NCBI GenBank assembly: GCA_963727625.1
Contig: CAVSHR010000003.1
Coordinates: forward strand, 32,001-96,000
Length of the DNA stretch: 64,000 nt
Reading direction: 5' to 3'
Origin: an uncultured delta proteobacterium
GTDB lineage: Bacteria > Desulfobacterota > Binatia > UBA9968
Shown here piece by piece: positions 51,259 to 60,495 of the stretch (positions are counted from its first letter, which is position 1; every line of letters starts with the position of its first letter). The notes below the pieces were generated by a model, which did not search any database, had not been told where the DNA came from, and saw only the letters and a program-made list of their open reading frames with translations. The translations under genes and the position numbers were made by a program.

Positions 51259-52736
51259 TACGATTCTGCCGTCAGAGATCCCACCCACTGGCAGTAGCCT
51301 CGGATGTGATCCGAAAAGCTCGTAACGTAGCCCTGCGCAAGATATTCTTCTAAAAGAGGAATCAAATTTACGCGCAATGACTTTAGCGCTGTGGCGTCTT
51401 GCCCATCTTTGGGCAGGAAATAGGAATGGCCCGGCATCAGCGTGAATGCGTCATCAGACGCATATTCCATGAAGATCGAGAGCAACCGTCTAAATGCCTC
51501 CTCGGCTAGCTTGCTTCCACAATTTTGAACTACGGCAAACTGTGGCCAGAGTTTTACAAACGCGAAGCGCCGGCGAATGGCAATGTCTACAATCGCAATA
51601 CTTCGGTCGGCGCTATTCATGGTTCCGAGAATATGGAGGTTGGGTGGTAACGCAAGCCTATTGAAAAACGGTGGACCAAAATCGTGTGACAGATTAATTG
51701 AACGTGGTTTGTCCTCCATATATTCCAAGAGAAAAACGGCCTCGCCAAGAACTTTGGCAAGATCCGCTCGATTAATCTCGTCTATGTGCAAAATGTATGG
51801 ATTGGGCTTAATTTTTTCAGCTGCTGCAGCAGCTTTCATCAGTTCACCCATGACTGGCACGAACCGGAAGCCGACGTCTCCACCGGTTGCTAAAGGTGCT
51901 AAGCCACCAATAAAATTCTCGTACGTAGTATTGGGATGAAATTGAATTGATTGCCCACGGCCATGATAATGGGCCTGCAACAATTCCAGAGCCATGCGAG
52001 TCTTGCCCGTTCCCGGTGGGCCTTCGAGCACAACAAAGGCCCTTTCGGAAAGCAAGTCGGCTGCTTGGCGTGTTGTGATGTCTGGCATTAGACATTTGAA
52101 GTACTCGGACCTAATTATCTCGTAATCGTCCAAATATGGTTTCAGTGGAACAAATCCACGGTCCTCAAAATAGAGATCCAGGAATGCTTTCAGTACGAAC
52201 TCTGTCGCTGTACGATCTGAATTTGGACGATAAATTGCGTGAACGTCTTTGCCGTAGCGCTTCAGCGGAGCAGCGTATAGTTGAAAGTGACTGGCAACAT
52301 TTTCGGGCACTGCCAAGTCGGTGCGTGTCGGATCATGTTTTGCCCACGCCGCAAAACGTTTCTCACGCCGATTGATCGCTTCACAGATAGCCTGAGCTTT
52401 CCTCGCATGACCGGGCCTCGCAAGAATAGTTTCATCAGGGTGCAAACCGGTTGTCCCAGTTCCGAGTGCGATTAAACAGGGCTCACCTTCTACAGGGAAG
52501 ATACCGACGCTCATGCCACCATAAGGTCCTGACTTTGGATTTGACGGTTCTATCAGGGTGGAGAACGGAATATTGTTCTCATCAGTAAATTTGGGGGCGC
52601 GAATTTGCACCGCTTGCCTAGCACGCTCTGGATACCGACCAGTCGATCCCCCGAACAATTCGCTGAATGCTTCTACTGCTTTCTCACTCCACATGGACAG
52701 ATCGTGGTCGTAGATTAATTTGACTAGTTTCTCCAT
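51258..52736 (-). CDS. mcrB: McrB-like AAA+ GTPase
   Basis: GPPGTGKT, IQFHPNTTYENF, IDEINRA, GTMNSADRS (NxxD), AIRRRF. Confidence 0.9.
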   Translation of the reverse strand: MEKLVKLIYDHDLSMWSEKAVEAFSELFGGSTGRYPERARQAVQIRAPKFTDENNIPFSTLIEPSNPKSGPYGGMSVGIFPVEGEPCLIALGTGTTGLHPDETILARPGHARKAQAICEAINRREKRFAAWAKHDPTRTDLAVPENVASHFQLYAAPLKRYGKDVHAIYRPNSDRTATEFVLKAFLDLYFEDRGFVPLKPYLDDYEIIRSEYFKCLMPDITTRQAADLLSERAFVVLEGPPGTGKTRMALELLQAHYHGRGQSIQFHPNTTYENFIGGLAPLATGGDVGFRFVPVMGELMKAAAAAEKIKPNPYILHIDEINRADLAKVLGEAVFLLEYMEDKPRSINLSHDFGPPFFNRLALPPNLHILGTMNSADRSIAIVDIAIRRRFAFVKLWPQFAVVQNCGSKLAEEAFRRLLSIFMEYASDDAFTLMPGHSYFLPKDGQDATALKSLRVNLIPLLEEYLAQGYVTSFSDHIRGYCQWVGSLTAES

Positions 52737-52759
52737 GCGTTTGACGCTCTTTTGGTTGA

Positions 52760-53014
52760 TTAAAATCCCTCTGAACCGTCTTCCTTGCCAAGTACCACAG
52801 CAATTGCTAGCGCATTGCGTAGAATAAATGCCCCGTAGTTATCCACAAGTCTTAGAATCTCAACTGCACCAGATACACTCCAATCTGCCGAGGCAGAGAG
52901 TTCTTTGACTATTTTCGACTCATCATATCCACCCTGTGCGTCATTGAGTTCTGTTTTACGGAGAACAATCTCATATTCGCGAATTAAGGACTCTACGTAT
53001 TCACCTTCTTTCAT
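52760..53014 (-). CDS. Small acidic hypothetical protein upstream of mcrB
   Basis: 84-aa ORF ending 23 nt before mcrB on the same strand, with similarly low GC. Confidence 0.7.
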   Translation of the reverse strand: MKEGEYVESLIREYEIVLRKTELNDAQGGYDESKIVKELSASADWSVSGAVEILRLVDNYGAFILRNALAIAVVLGKEDGSEGF

Positions 53015-53095
53015 GAGCCTTACCCCCGTTTCGTCCTTGATCGCATATATTTAGTACTCTCCGAGAGGAAAAGTCGATCTAGGAAAAGTTTATGA

Positions 53096-53115
53096 GATCA
53101 GGCTACTTTTACAAT
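53096..53115 (+). repeat. 20-bp direct repeat, copy 1
   Basis: GATCAGGCTACTTTTACAAT; 17/20 identical to 54727-54746. Confidence 0.55.
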
Positions 53116-53233
53116 ATACTCCGGGTGTAATCATGCTTCTCGTGTAGCGACGCTTCCAGGTTACGCTGCCTGCGGATATAGGCCGCGGCGATGCCTTGTA
53201 GCGCCGGGTATCGGTTTTGAAAAGAATTATTCA

Positions 53234-53965
53234 TTACACAAAGAGGCATCGATTACCGAAACACACGATCGGGTCAAACACGGACATGTTCATTCTCCGT
53301 AGATGGTTTCTCCCCAGCGTCACCCCGTGGACGGGTCGAGCTCCGCGGTACGCTGCTTCGATGATTTGCCTCGCCTCGAACGCGACGAAAGTGGTATTGG
53401 ACGCGTTGCCACGCCAAGAATCGAGCATCACGAGTCCGTCATAACCCCTGGCGATCAACTGCTTGCGCACGCCGCCCCTCAAAGGAGTATCGAATCGCAG
53501 AACCACCCAGGCGGTCAGCTCCATCCCCGCCGGCGCACGGTCGAGCTTGCCCGCAAGTGGAGTGCCGTCGATGTCGATGCCGTTCTCGGAAAACCAGCGC
53601 CGCCACTCGGCGGGAGTGAGCGCGACATAGGGGCGCAGGCCAAGGGGATTTTTGAGCACGAGGTAAAATCGCCGGATAAACCACGGCACGTTGATCTCGT
53701 CGCGGGCGAAATTGCGCGCCCAAGTTTTGGAAGCGGCGAAATAAAAATAGCAGTGCTCTCCCACGGTGCCGTAGGACTTCGGCTGCAGATCGGCGGTTGT
53801 CGGCGACGCGTGATAAACCGGAAGCGGAGCGCCGCTCGCATCAACCACCTTGCTGGCACGAAACCAGCGCTGGAACGACTCGCTCTTTATTCCGCGCTTC
53901 GCCGGAGGGGTTGCGAGCTCGAAGGGTTCTTGGGCCGGCCGTCTTTCTCTGAGCATCGGCCGCAC
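53234..53965 (-). CDS. Stand-alone ADP-ribosyltransferase-like protein (ART-PolyVal-like)
   Basis: FQRWFRASKVVDASGAPLPVYH, YFYF....WA, FYLVLKNPL, GYDGLV, FVAFEARQI match the ART-PolyVal pattern as I recall it. Confidence 0.75.
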   Translation of the reverse strand: MRPMLRERRPAQEPFELATPPAKRGIKSESFQRWFRASKVVDASGAPLPVYHASPTTADLQPKSYGTVGEHCYFYFAASKTWARNFARDEINVPWFIRRFYLVLKNPLGLRPYVALTPAEWRRWFSENGIDIDGTPLAGKLDRAPAGMELTAWVVLRFDTPLRGGVRKQLIARGYDGLVMLDSWRGNASNTTFVAFEARQIIEAAYRGARPVHGVTLGRNHLRRMNMSVFDPIVCFGNRCLFV

Positions 53966-54260
53966 TTTAACAAAGCTGCGAGAATCGGTCCACTTTTTTT
54001 CGCCGTTGGCGTCCCGGTTTTTGTTTTACTGGCCGAGCCGGATTTTTGTCTTCCGTTTTCGAAGAAACCGCTCCGAGCGTTCCCGTCGCCTGGCATGAGT
54101 CCAATGGAATAGCTCTATCGCTGCGCTCGCCGAAGCGGTTCTGCCGGGACGGGCATTCAATAAATCACGGTTCGAGATTTCGACCGCGGGCGAAAAACTC
54201 GCGGGAACGCCGCCGCGTTTCGGGAATCGCCGTAACGTGCATGTGGCGTGGGATGCCTTC

Positions 54261-54452
54261 TTATTTTGGATCCGGGATGCCGAGCTGGCGGCAAATCTTG
54301 CGCGCGAGGAAGTCTGCGATCTCGGTGTGCCTTGGAAGCGTGGTAACACGGCGCGGATCAGCGAGATTGACGAATTTGCTGTGCTTTGCCCCCTCATCGG
54401 CGAGAACACATCCGAACCGCTCCAGGTGCCGAACGAGCTCCCGCCGCTTCAC
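54261..54452 (-). CDS. hicA: HicA mRNA interferase toxin
   Basis: MKRRELVRHLE..GC...EGAKHS...LPRHTEI...ICRQLGI. Confidence 0.92.
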   Translation of the reverse strand: MKRRELVRHLERFGCVLADEGAKHSKFVNLADPRRVTTLPRHTEIADFLARKICRQLGIPDPK

Positions 54453-54653
54453 TTACACCTCGATCTGTTCGATCACGACCTTGCTCTTGGGAAGCTTCGA
54501 TAGATCCACCGGCTCGCGAATCATGCGCACCGCGTCGATAAGATTTTCACGCGCCTCTTCGAGAGTCGCGCCCTGCGTCAGTGCGCCTGGAACGTCATCG
54601 GTCCACGCCACCCACCATTTGCCGTCCTTCACAAAGCTAGCCTGGATTTTCAT
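54453..54653 (-). CDS. hicB: HicB antitoxin (short form, no DNA-binding domain)
   Basis: WWVA...VPGALTQGATLEEARENLIDA. Confidence 0.92.
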   Translation of the reverse strand: MKIQASFVKDGKWWVAWTDDVPGALTQGATLEEARENLIDAVRMIREPVDLSKLPKSKVVIEQIEV

Positions 54654-54726
54654 ATAATCGATCTCCTGCCGGCATTTATTTTATGCAAAACGGCCGGGCA
54701 ATACCAATCCTTGGGAAATTAAACGG

Positions 54727-54746
54727 GATCAGGCTGCTTTTGTAAT
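54727..54746 (+). repeat. 20-bp direct repeat, copy 2
   Basis: GATCAGGCTGCTTTTGTAAT. Confidence 0.55.
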
Positions 54747-55005
54747 GTCGCACGTTACGGAATTGTTACGGGCGTTGTTGCTTTTTGCTCGATAATCTCA
54801 GTTGGTTTTAGGCGTATCCAATCGTCAAGTGGCCGATACATCGGTCACCGAAACAGACGCGGGCGGCCGGGCTACGGGTCGGACCTCCGCAACTCCTCGA
54901 TACGACGAGATTGAGCTTCGAAAAATTCATCGTTTAAGCGCTTAGAAGGCAAATTTCTAATCCAAAACGCCGCTTCTAACTCGCAATCTGGACGATGACA
55001 AGTTA

Positions 55006-55200
55006 TCAGAGAAGCGACAAGCTACTTATATCCGAGAAATCAATCTTCTTCGACTTCATATTTTTTCCCTTCTGTGCGGCTCGCCCGGCGCGCGCTGATC
55101 ATTCGCGGACTTCTTCATCGTCTTGGTTCGATGCTTCTTGGATTTGCCCGTGTTGGCGGTGAGCACGAGCAGGTCTTGCAATCACAATCGGCTCGCGGGC
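55006..55200 (-). pseudogene. BrnT/BrnA toxin-antitoxin remnant
   Basis: ...DDEEV/RMISARRASRTEGKKYE* (BrnT RIISARkA motif) overlapping MKSKKIDFSDI (BrnA-type start), which stops after 17 codons. Confidence 0.7.
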
Positions 55201-55265
55201 TGACGAAGATCCGCGTTACGACCTGAAAAGTTTCATCGGTCGCACCGGTTTAAGATTGGCCAACG

Positions 55266-55559
55266 TTATCGGCGTGTAACGCCAACGGTGGGACGTCTCC
55301 TATGGTGTCGCACGACAAGAATTCGCACGACATTCCCAACGATACGAAACAGGAAATGATAAGGGAAGCGCTGCAAGTTTACGCGGCGGAGATCGCGCTC
55401 GCGGATTGCAAAAGATTCCGGCCGTTCCGCCGCCTGCCGCATGTAATATCGCAGCTCGGCGTAAAATTCGTCGGCGAGTTGCCGCGTCGCAACCCGTTCA
55501 TAGTAACCCATGATCTCGTCGATATCCGAATAAACTTTCGGATGCAGGACGAGGCGCAT
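55266..55559 (-). CDS. RelE/ParE family toxin
   Basis: DIDEIMGYY, RRVNLQRFPY..LFR, ILVVRHHRRRP. Confidence 0.9.
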   Translation of the reverse strand: MRLVLHPKVYSDIDEIMGYYERVATRQLADEFYAELRYYMRQAAERPESFAIRERDLRRVNLQRFPYHFLFRIVGNVVRILVVRHHRRRPTVGVTRR

Positions 55560-55780
55560 CAGGTTCGGCGGCGTTGAATCTGTCGATCAAGTTGCTCCAG
55601 CGTGAGACCGCCGGATGGATTCGCTTCGAGGCCGGCATCGCGCCTAAGCGCCTCGGCTATGCCCTCGTCCTCGTCGTAGAGGACCGGTGGAAGCGAGCCA
55701 AGGAGGTGAGCTGCCAGAACAGCCCTGTCGTTTTCAGATAAATCTTGAGCGAGTTTCTCGATCTCAGCGATCGTAGCCAT
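55559..55780 (-). CDS. Addiction module antitoxin
   Basis: LSENDRAVLAAHLLGSL...AEALRR; coupled to the toxin start. Confidence 0.85.
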   Translation of the reverse strand: MATIAEIEKLAQDLSENDRAVLAAHLLGSLPPVLYDEDEGIAEALRRDAGLEANPSGGLTLEQLDRQIQRRRT

Positions 55781-56123
55781 GGGACGATTATAGTAAGCTA
55801 TCGCCCGGAAGCAAGCGAGCCTCAATCTCGGATAGCAACAATAGGGTTGCAGCTTTACTTTTGACTTTTCGGCTGCACCAGGGTCTAGTTTCGTGCTTTA
55901 TCCCGTCGAAACATCGCGCCATTTCTTTTGCTACGCGACTTTGAAGAGGTGAGCCGGGGCCGGTTGGCCTTTGAGCTCGACCGGACCCGGCTCTTCGACG
56001 CCGGGCAATGCTGCGTCGAGATTTCGCCGTACGGCGTCGGAGATCAAGAACCGGGCTTGAAACTCCTTTGAAACGGCTTGCTGGCGTCGATCAACGCTGT
56101 CGAGTTGTAAGGAATTCCGAGGT

Positions 56124-56828
56124 TCAGCCGCGAGTTACTGCTCGATCCGAGTTGTCTTCGGACACCCGCCCTTCGCTTACGCGCAGCACTCGCGTGGCGC
56201 ACCGGCGCGCAAACTCTTCGTCGTGGGTGGCGACAACCAGCGTGCGCCCCTCGCGGGTCAAGCCTTGGAGCAGATCGCGGAGCTCGGTGCGCCGGCCGGC
56301 ATCGAGCGCCGAGGTGGGCTCGTCCAACAGCAAGAGCGGCGGGTCGACGGCCAGGGCGCGGGCGATCGCCACCCGCTGCGCTTCACCGCCCGAAAGCTCG
56401 CGCGGCAGCGCGTTGGCGCGATGCTCGACACCGAGAGCGCTCAGCAGCTCGCGCGCGCGGACTTCGGCTTCCTGGCGGGGGATGCCGCGCGCGTGCACCG
56501 GCGCGAGCCAGACGTTTTTGAGCACGGGCAGATGCTCGAAGAGATGGGGAAACTGAAACACCATGCCGACTTTCGCGCGCAAGCGGTGGAGCGCGGCCGG
56601 CGCGTGAGCGGCGCCGCCGTTGAGGGCGACTTCCTCAACCTGCAGGGTACCCGAATGAAAAGTCTCGAGCCCGGCGATCACGCGCAGCAGCGTCGTCTTG
56701 CCGACCCCGGACGGTCCCATCAGCGCCACCAGCTCGCCGCGGGTGACGTCGAACGTGACCCCGGCCAGCACCGGGCGCCGGCTGCGAAAAAGACTCACGT
56801 CGCTCAAACGAAGTGTCCAGTCGCTCAC
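56124..56828 (-). CDS. Amino acid ABC transporter ATP-binding protein
   Basis: GPSGVGKTT, LSGGEAQRVAIARAL, LLLDEPTSALD; GTG start overlaps the permease stop. Confidence 0.93.
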   Translation of the reverse strand: MSDWTLRLSDVSLFRSRRPVLAGVTFDVTRGELVALMGPSGVGKTTLLRVIAGLETFHSGTLQVEEVALNGGAAHAPAALHRLRAKVGMVFQFPHLFEHLPVLKNVWLAPVHARGIPRQEAEVRARELLSALGVEHRANALPRELSGGEAQRVAIARALAVDPPLLLLDEPTSALDAGRRTELRDLLQGLTREGRTLVVATHDEEFARRCATRVLRVSEGRVSEDNSDRAVTRG

Positions 56829-58432
56829 GGCGTCGGCGCCTTCCAGCGCTGCTCGAGCCGGCGCGCCAGTGCCGCCAGGGGCAGCGACATGGCGAGGTAA
56901 AGAGCGGCGCAGAGCAGGCCGGGAACGACCCAGCTGCCGGTGTTGGTGGCGAAAATCTGTGTCTGTTTGGTGAGCTCGAGCACCGTGAGCACGGAGACCA
57001 GCGAGGAGTCCTTGAGCAGCGCGATGAAGTCGTTGGTCATGGGCGCCAGGGCGAGGCGAAAGGCTTGCGGTCCGCGCACCAGCGCCAGCACCTGGCGCTC
57101 GCTGAAGCCAAGAATGCGCGCGGCCTCGAGTTGGCCGCTCGGCACCGCTTCGAGCGCGCCGCGGTAAATCTCGCTTTCGTACGCCGCGTAGTTGAGCGCC
57201 AGACCCAAGAGCGCCGCGCCGAACGCCGGCAGGCGGATGACGCCGGCGATGCCGTAGTAGAGCACGAAGAGCTGGAGCAGGATCGGCGTGCCGCGCATGA
57301 CCTCGACATAGACTCGCAGGAGAGTTTGCGTAATCGCGCCGCCGTACACGCGGCCGCTCGCGATCGAGACCCCGAGGCCAACGGCGAGCGCCATCGCCAG
57401 ACATGAGAGCACGATGGTCAACGCCGACGCGCGCAGAAGCGAGGGCAGATAGCGGAGCGTCGCCTCCCATTGCGAGAGCGCGGGCTTCACACTCGCCGCC
57501 GCGTCACCGCTGACCGGCGAAATAGTTTCTCCCGCCAGCACCTGGGCATGGAGCGCCGGCTGATCGTCATTCCAAACCCGCCACTTGCGAAAAATTTTTT
57601 CTAAACTGCCCTCGCGCATGGCGCCGCGCAGGATTTCATTGACTTGTTCACGGAGCTCGGTATTTCGCCTCGCCAGCACGCCGACATAGTGGCCGATCGC
57701 AACGCTTTGCGGCTGGATCGTAAAACCCGGCAGCGCCCGGGCGCGCCGCTCGGCCAGCACATTATCGAGCAGCACGGCATCGACGCGGCCGATCAGGAGG
57801 TCGCTGAAAGGGTGGACGTCGTCATCGTAAGAGACGACCTGGATGGCATGCTCGCGCTCGGCGCGGAGCAAAATTTCATAGGCGATGGTGCCGCCGAGGG
57901 TGCCGACGTGCCGGCCACGGAGATCCGCCAGCGTGGCGAAACGCGCCGAGTCGGCATCGCGCACGCTCAACACTTCGCGAAACCGATAGTACGGCAGGGT
58001 CGGCGCCATCGCCGCGCGCCGCGCCGGGGTGTCTTCCATGCCGCTCAAGCCGATCTCGGCGTCGCCGCGCTCGATGGACTGGTCGATCGACGTGAAGGTG
58101 ATGTTGATAAAGCGCGCTTGACGCCCGAGCCGCCGGGCGATGAGATCGGCGATTTCGACGTCGAAACCGGCGACCTTGTCGGGCTGCGCTGGGTCCGCTT
58201 CGACGAAGGGAGCTCCCCCCTCGGGATCGCCCGCCCAACGGAACTCACGCGGCCGCTCCGACGCCTTGGCGCCAAAGGCCGGCAACAGCAATATCGCCAG
58301 CGCCGCCAGATAGGCGACTCGAGCCAAGCCTTCGATCCTGGTGCTGACATGCTTCGAACGCGCCGTCGGTGATGAAGAATCCGATTCAGAATTGATTCCG
58401 CTGAGGGCCGAGCAAAAAGTCAAAATCCTCAT
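56825..58432 (-). CDS. Polar amino acid ABC transporter, fused substrate-binding + permease (start may be further downstream)
   Basis: GFDVEIA SBP_bac_3 domain, then RGTPILLQL, AYESEIYRG, LLKDSSL permease motifs. Confidence 0.92.
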   Translation of the reverse strand: MRILTFCSALSGINSESDSSSPTARSKHVSTRIEGLARVAYLAALAILLLPAFGAKASERPREFRWAGDPEGGAPFVEADPAQPDKVAGFDVEIADLIARRLGRQARFINITFTSIDQSIERGDAEIGLSGMEDTPARRAAMAPTLPYYRFREVLSVRDADSARFATLADLRGRHVGTLGGTIAYEILLRAEREHAIQVVSYDDDVHPFSDLLIGRVDAVLLDNVLAERRARALPGFTIQPQSVAIGHYVGVLARRNTELREQVNEILRGAMREGSLEKIFRKWRVWNDDQPALHAQVLAGETISPVSGDAAASVKPALSQWEATLRYLPSLLRASALTIVLSCLAMALAVGLGVSIASGRVYGGAITQTLLRVYVEVMRGTPILLQLFVLYYGIAGVIRLPAFGAALLGLALNYAAYESEIYRGALEAVPSGQLEAARILGFSERQVLALVRGPQAFRLALAPMTNDFIALLKDSSLVSVLTVLELTKQTQIFATNTGSWVVPGLLCAALYLAMSLPLAALARRLEQRWKAPTP

Positions 58433-58658
58433 TTCGATTGCAGCGAAATCTATCCGATGGCCGATCGAGCTGTCAATCTTGCCTGGTCGAGAGCGATGCG
58501 AGGAGAAAAAGGCTTTAACAGCGCAGAGCCGCTTTTATTGCTTCCATGCAACGAAAGCCGACGCGGGAGCGATCGATGTTGATATAGATTGACAGCATAC
58601 GCGGGAGCGCCATAAAACAGCTCCGTCATCCCACACTTGGAAAGTTTGAGAGCGGCGC

Positions 58659-59845
58659 ATGAGCAAACATGACAACGCGGACCACCTACCGGGGCAACTG
58701 GCGGCGCCGCGGCGCAACGGCCGCGCGCTGAAACTCGGCGGCGGGCCGGCGAACTACCTGCAAAACGCGCTCAAGGCGGCGGCCGAGCCATTCAAGGGAA
58801 ATACGGCCGGACGGAGCGGTTATCCCCGGCCTGTTCCCGATTCAAGCCACCGGGGTTTCGACACAGACGATTCGCGATGCCGCCGAAGCCTATCTCGGAT
58901 CGCTGAGCGCGGAACAGCGGGCGCGAGCGCTGTTTCCCATCGACGCCCGGCGAGTGGCGCATGTGGAGCAATATCCACCGCACCATCATGCGCCACGGCA
59001 TACCGTTCTGCGAGATGTCCGATAGACAGGTCGAGCGCGCCTTGGCGCTGCTGAAGGAAAGCTTGAGCAATCAGGGGTTCGCCACGGCCCGCGATATCAT
59101 GCGTCTCAATGAAACGGTGGGGGAGATGACCGGGCGGCTCGATGAATTCGGCGACGATCTTTACTGGCTCAGCATCATGGGCGCGCCTTCGGTCACCGAG
59201 CCCTGGGGCTGGCAGATCGACGGCCATCATTTGAACGTCAATTATTTTCTATTGGGCGATCAGGTCGTGATGGCGCCGGCGTTTCTCGGCTCCGAGCCGG
59301 TATTCGCTGAAAGCGGCAAATACGGCGGCACCCGGGTGTTCGAAGCGGAAGAAGCCCAGGGGCTGGCGCTGATCCGCGCCCTCGACGCCGGACAGCGCGG
59401 CATAGCCGTGGTCTCCAAGGAGCTGCCGCGCGATCTCTTCACCTCGGCCTTTCGCGACAACCACGAGCTACGCTACGAGGGGATCGCTTACGATGAGCTG
59501 ACGGCGGCGCAGCATGAGCAGCTCCTCCGCTTGGTGGAACTGCACGTCGGGCGCCTGCGGCCGGGCCATGCAAAAATTAAAATGGCCGAAGTCCTGCGCC
59601 ATGTGCACAATACCCATTTCTCCTGGCGCGGCGGCGTCGAAGAAGAGAGCGTCTTTTACTACCGCGTGCAGAGCCCGGTCATCATCATCGAGTTCGATCA
59701 TCAAGCCGGACAGGCGTTTCCGCAATACAAAGAACATTACCGCGACCATATCCATGTCATCGTGCGCACGCCCAACGGCAACGACTATGGCAAAGATCTT
59801 TTGCGCCGGCACTATCAGCGCGGCGATCATGCAAGGGGTCAATGA
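58659..59845 (+). pseudogene. DUF3500 family protein interrupted by two +1 frameshifts
   Basis: AEPFKG / DGAVIPGLFPI...FPIDA / GEWRMWSNIH lie in three successive frames. C-terminal part has WGWQIDGHHL, YYRVQSP, IEFDH, HIHVIVRTPNGNDYG. Confidence 0.8.
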
Positions 59846-59902
59846 CAGCCTCGGCCCGCGAATCGGTCGAGGACGCCGGGTCGCCGCCTCGGAAACGGTC
59901 TA

Positions 59903-60271
59903 CTACCTGCGCCCCTGGGGGCGTCTGTAGAAGAACGACGCCTTGGCGTCGCCTTGCCCGGCTGCAGACTGTTTCAGCATTTTCGTGATCCTTTTTTCCA
60001 TCACGTCCACGACGTAGTTGGATAACAAATGATCGCGCGTACTTTTGATCTTTTGACGGATCGCATTCCTGCGCACGTCATCTCCGACGGCCAGTCGTAA
60101 ATCGTTGGTCAGCAGGGAAACGACTTTTTCCCGTCCCCGTGTTGACAATCGAAGAGAAAACCGGCCTTCCTGAGTCGGGTCGATGAAATTGTAATCAAGC
60201 TTTTTATCGATACTGCGAATAATCTTTCTCAACAGCTCTGCGCTCTGTTTAACCGCCTCTTGCTCGGTCAT
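59903..60271 (-). CDS. Hypothetical protein, paralog of 32167-32529
   Basis: GGAGG RBS before MTEQEA; similarity to the other copy. Confidence 0.8.
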   Translation of the reverse strand: MTEQEAVKQSAELLRKIIRSIDKKLDYNFIDPTQEGRFSLRLSTRGREKVVSLLTNDLRLAVGDDVRRNAIRQKIKSTRDHLLSNYVVDVMEKRITKMLKQSAAGQGDAKASFFYRRPQGRR

Positions 60272-60440
60272 AGAACCTCCATGGTTTGCGGCCCAATAAG
60301 AAGCCGCCGAGGTTACCGGATGTCCTCGAGGCCTGAAAAAGCCGGCGGCAAAACTGCCCTGCTCAGCCGTGCCTGGCAAAAAGCTCAAGCGGCGGCAGTC
60401 GCTTCAGTAAACTTCTACTCCCGGCTCGTGAAGTGCAAGC

Positions 60441-60469
60441 AAAGAGGGGCAACCCGACCTGTTGCCCCT
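60441..60469 (-). terminator. Intrinsic terminator after the RRM gene
   Basis: AGGGGCAAC-N7-GTTGCCCCT hairpin followed by CTTT on the minus strand. Confidence 0.65.
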
Positions 60470-60495
60470 GAGTGATTAGCTAGATAACGGAAAAA

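Noticed and set aside
45650-56000. Integron cassette array or CRISPR array
   Set aside because: No regular repeat-spacer period, no convincing attC (RYYYAAC...GTTRRRY) pairs found by eye, and no intI or cas genes.
56829-57470. N-terminal 200 aa of the 448-aa ABC ATPase ORF
   Set aside because: Overlaps the permease in another frame; the real start is the coupled GTG at 56828.
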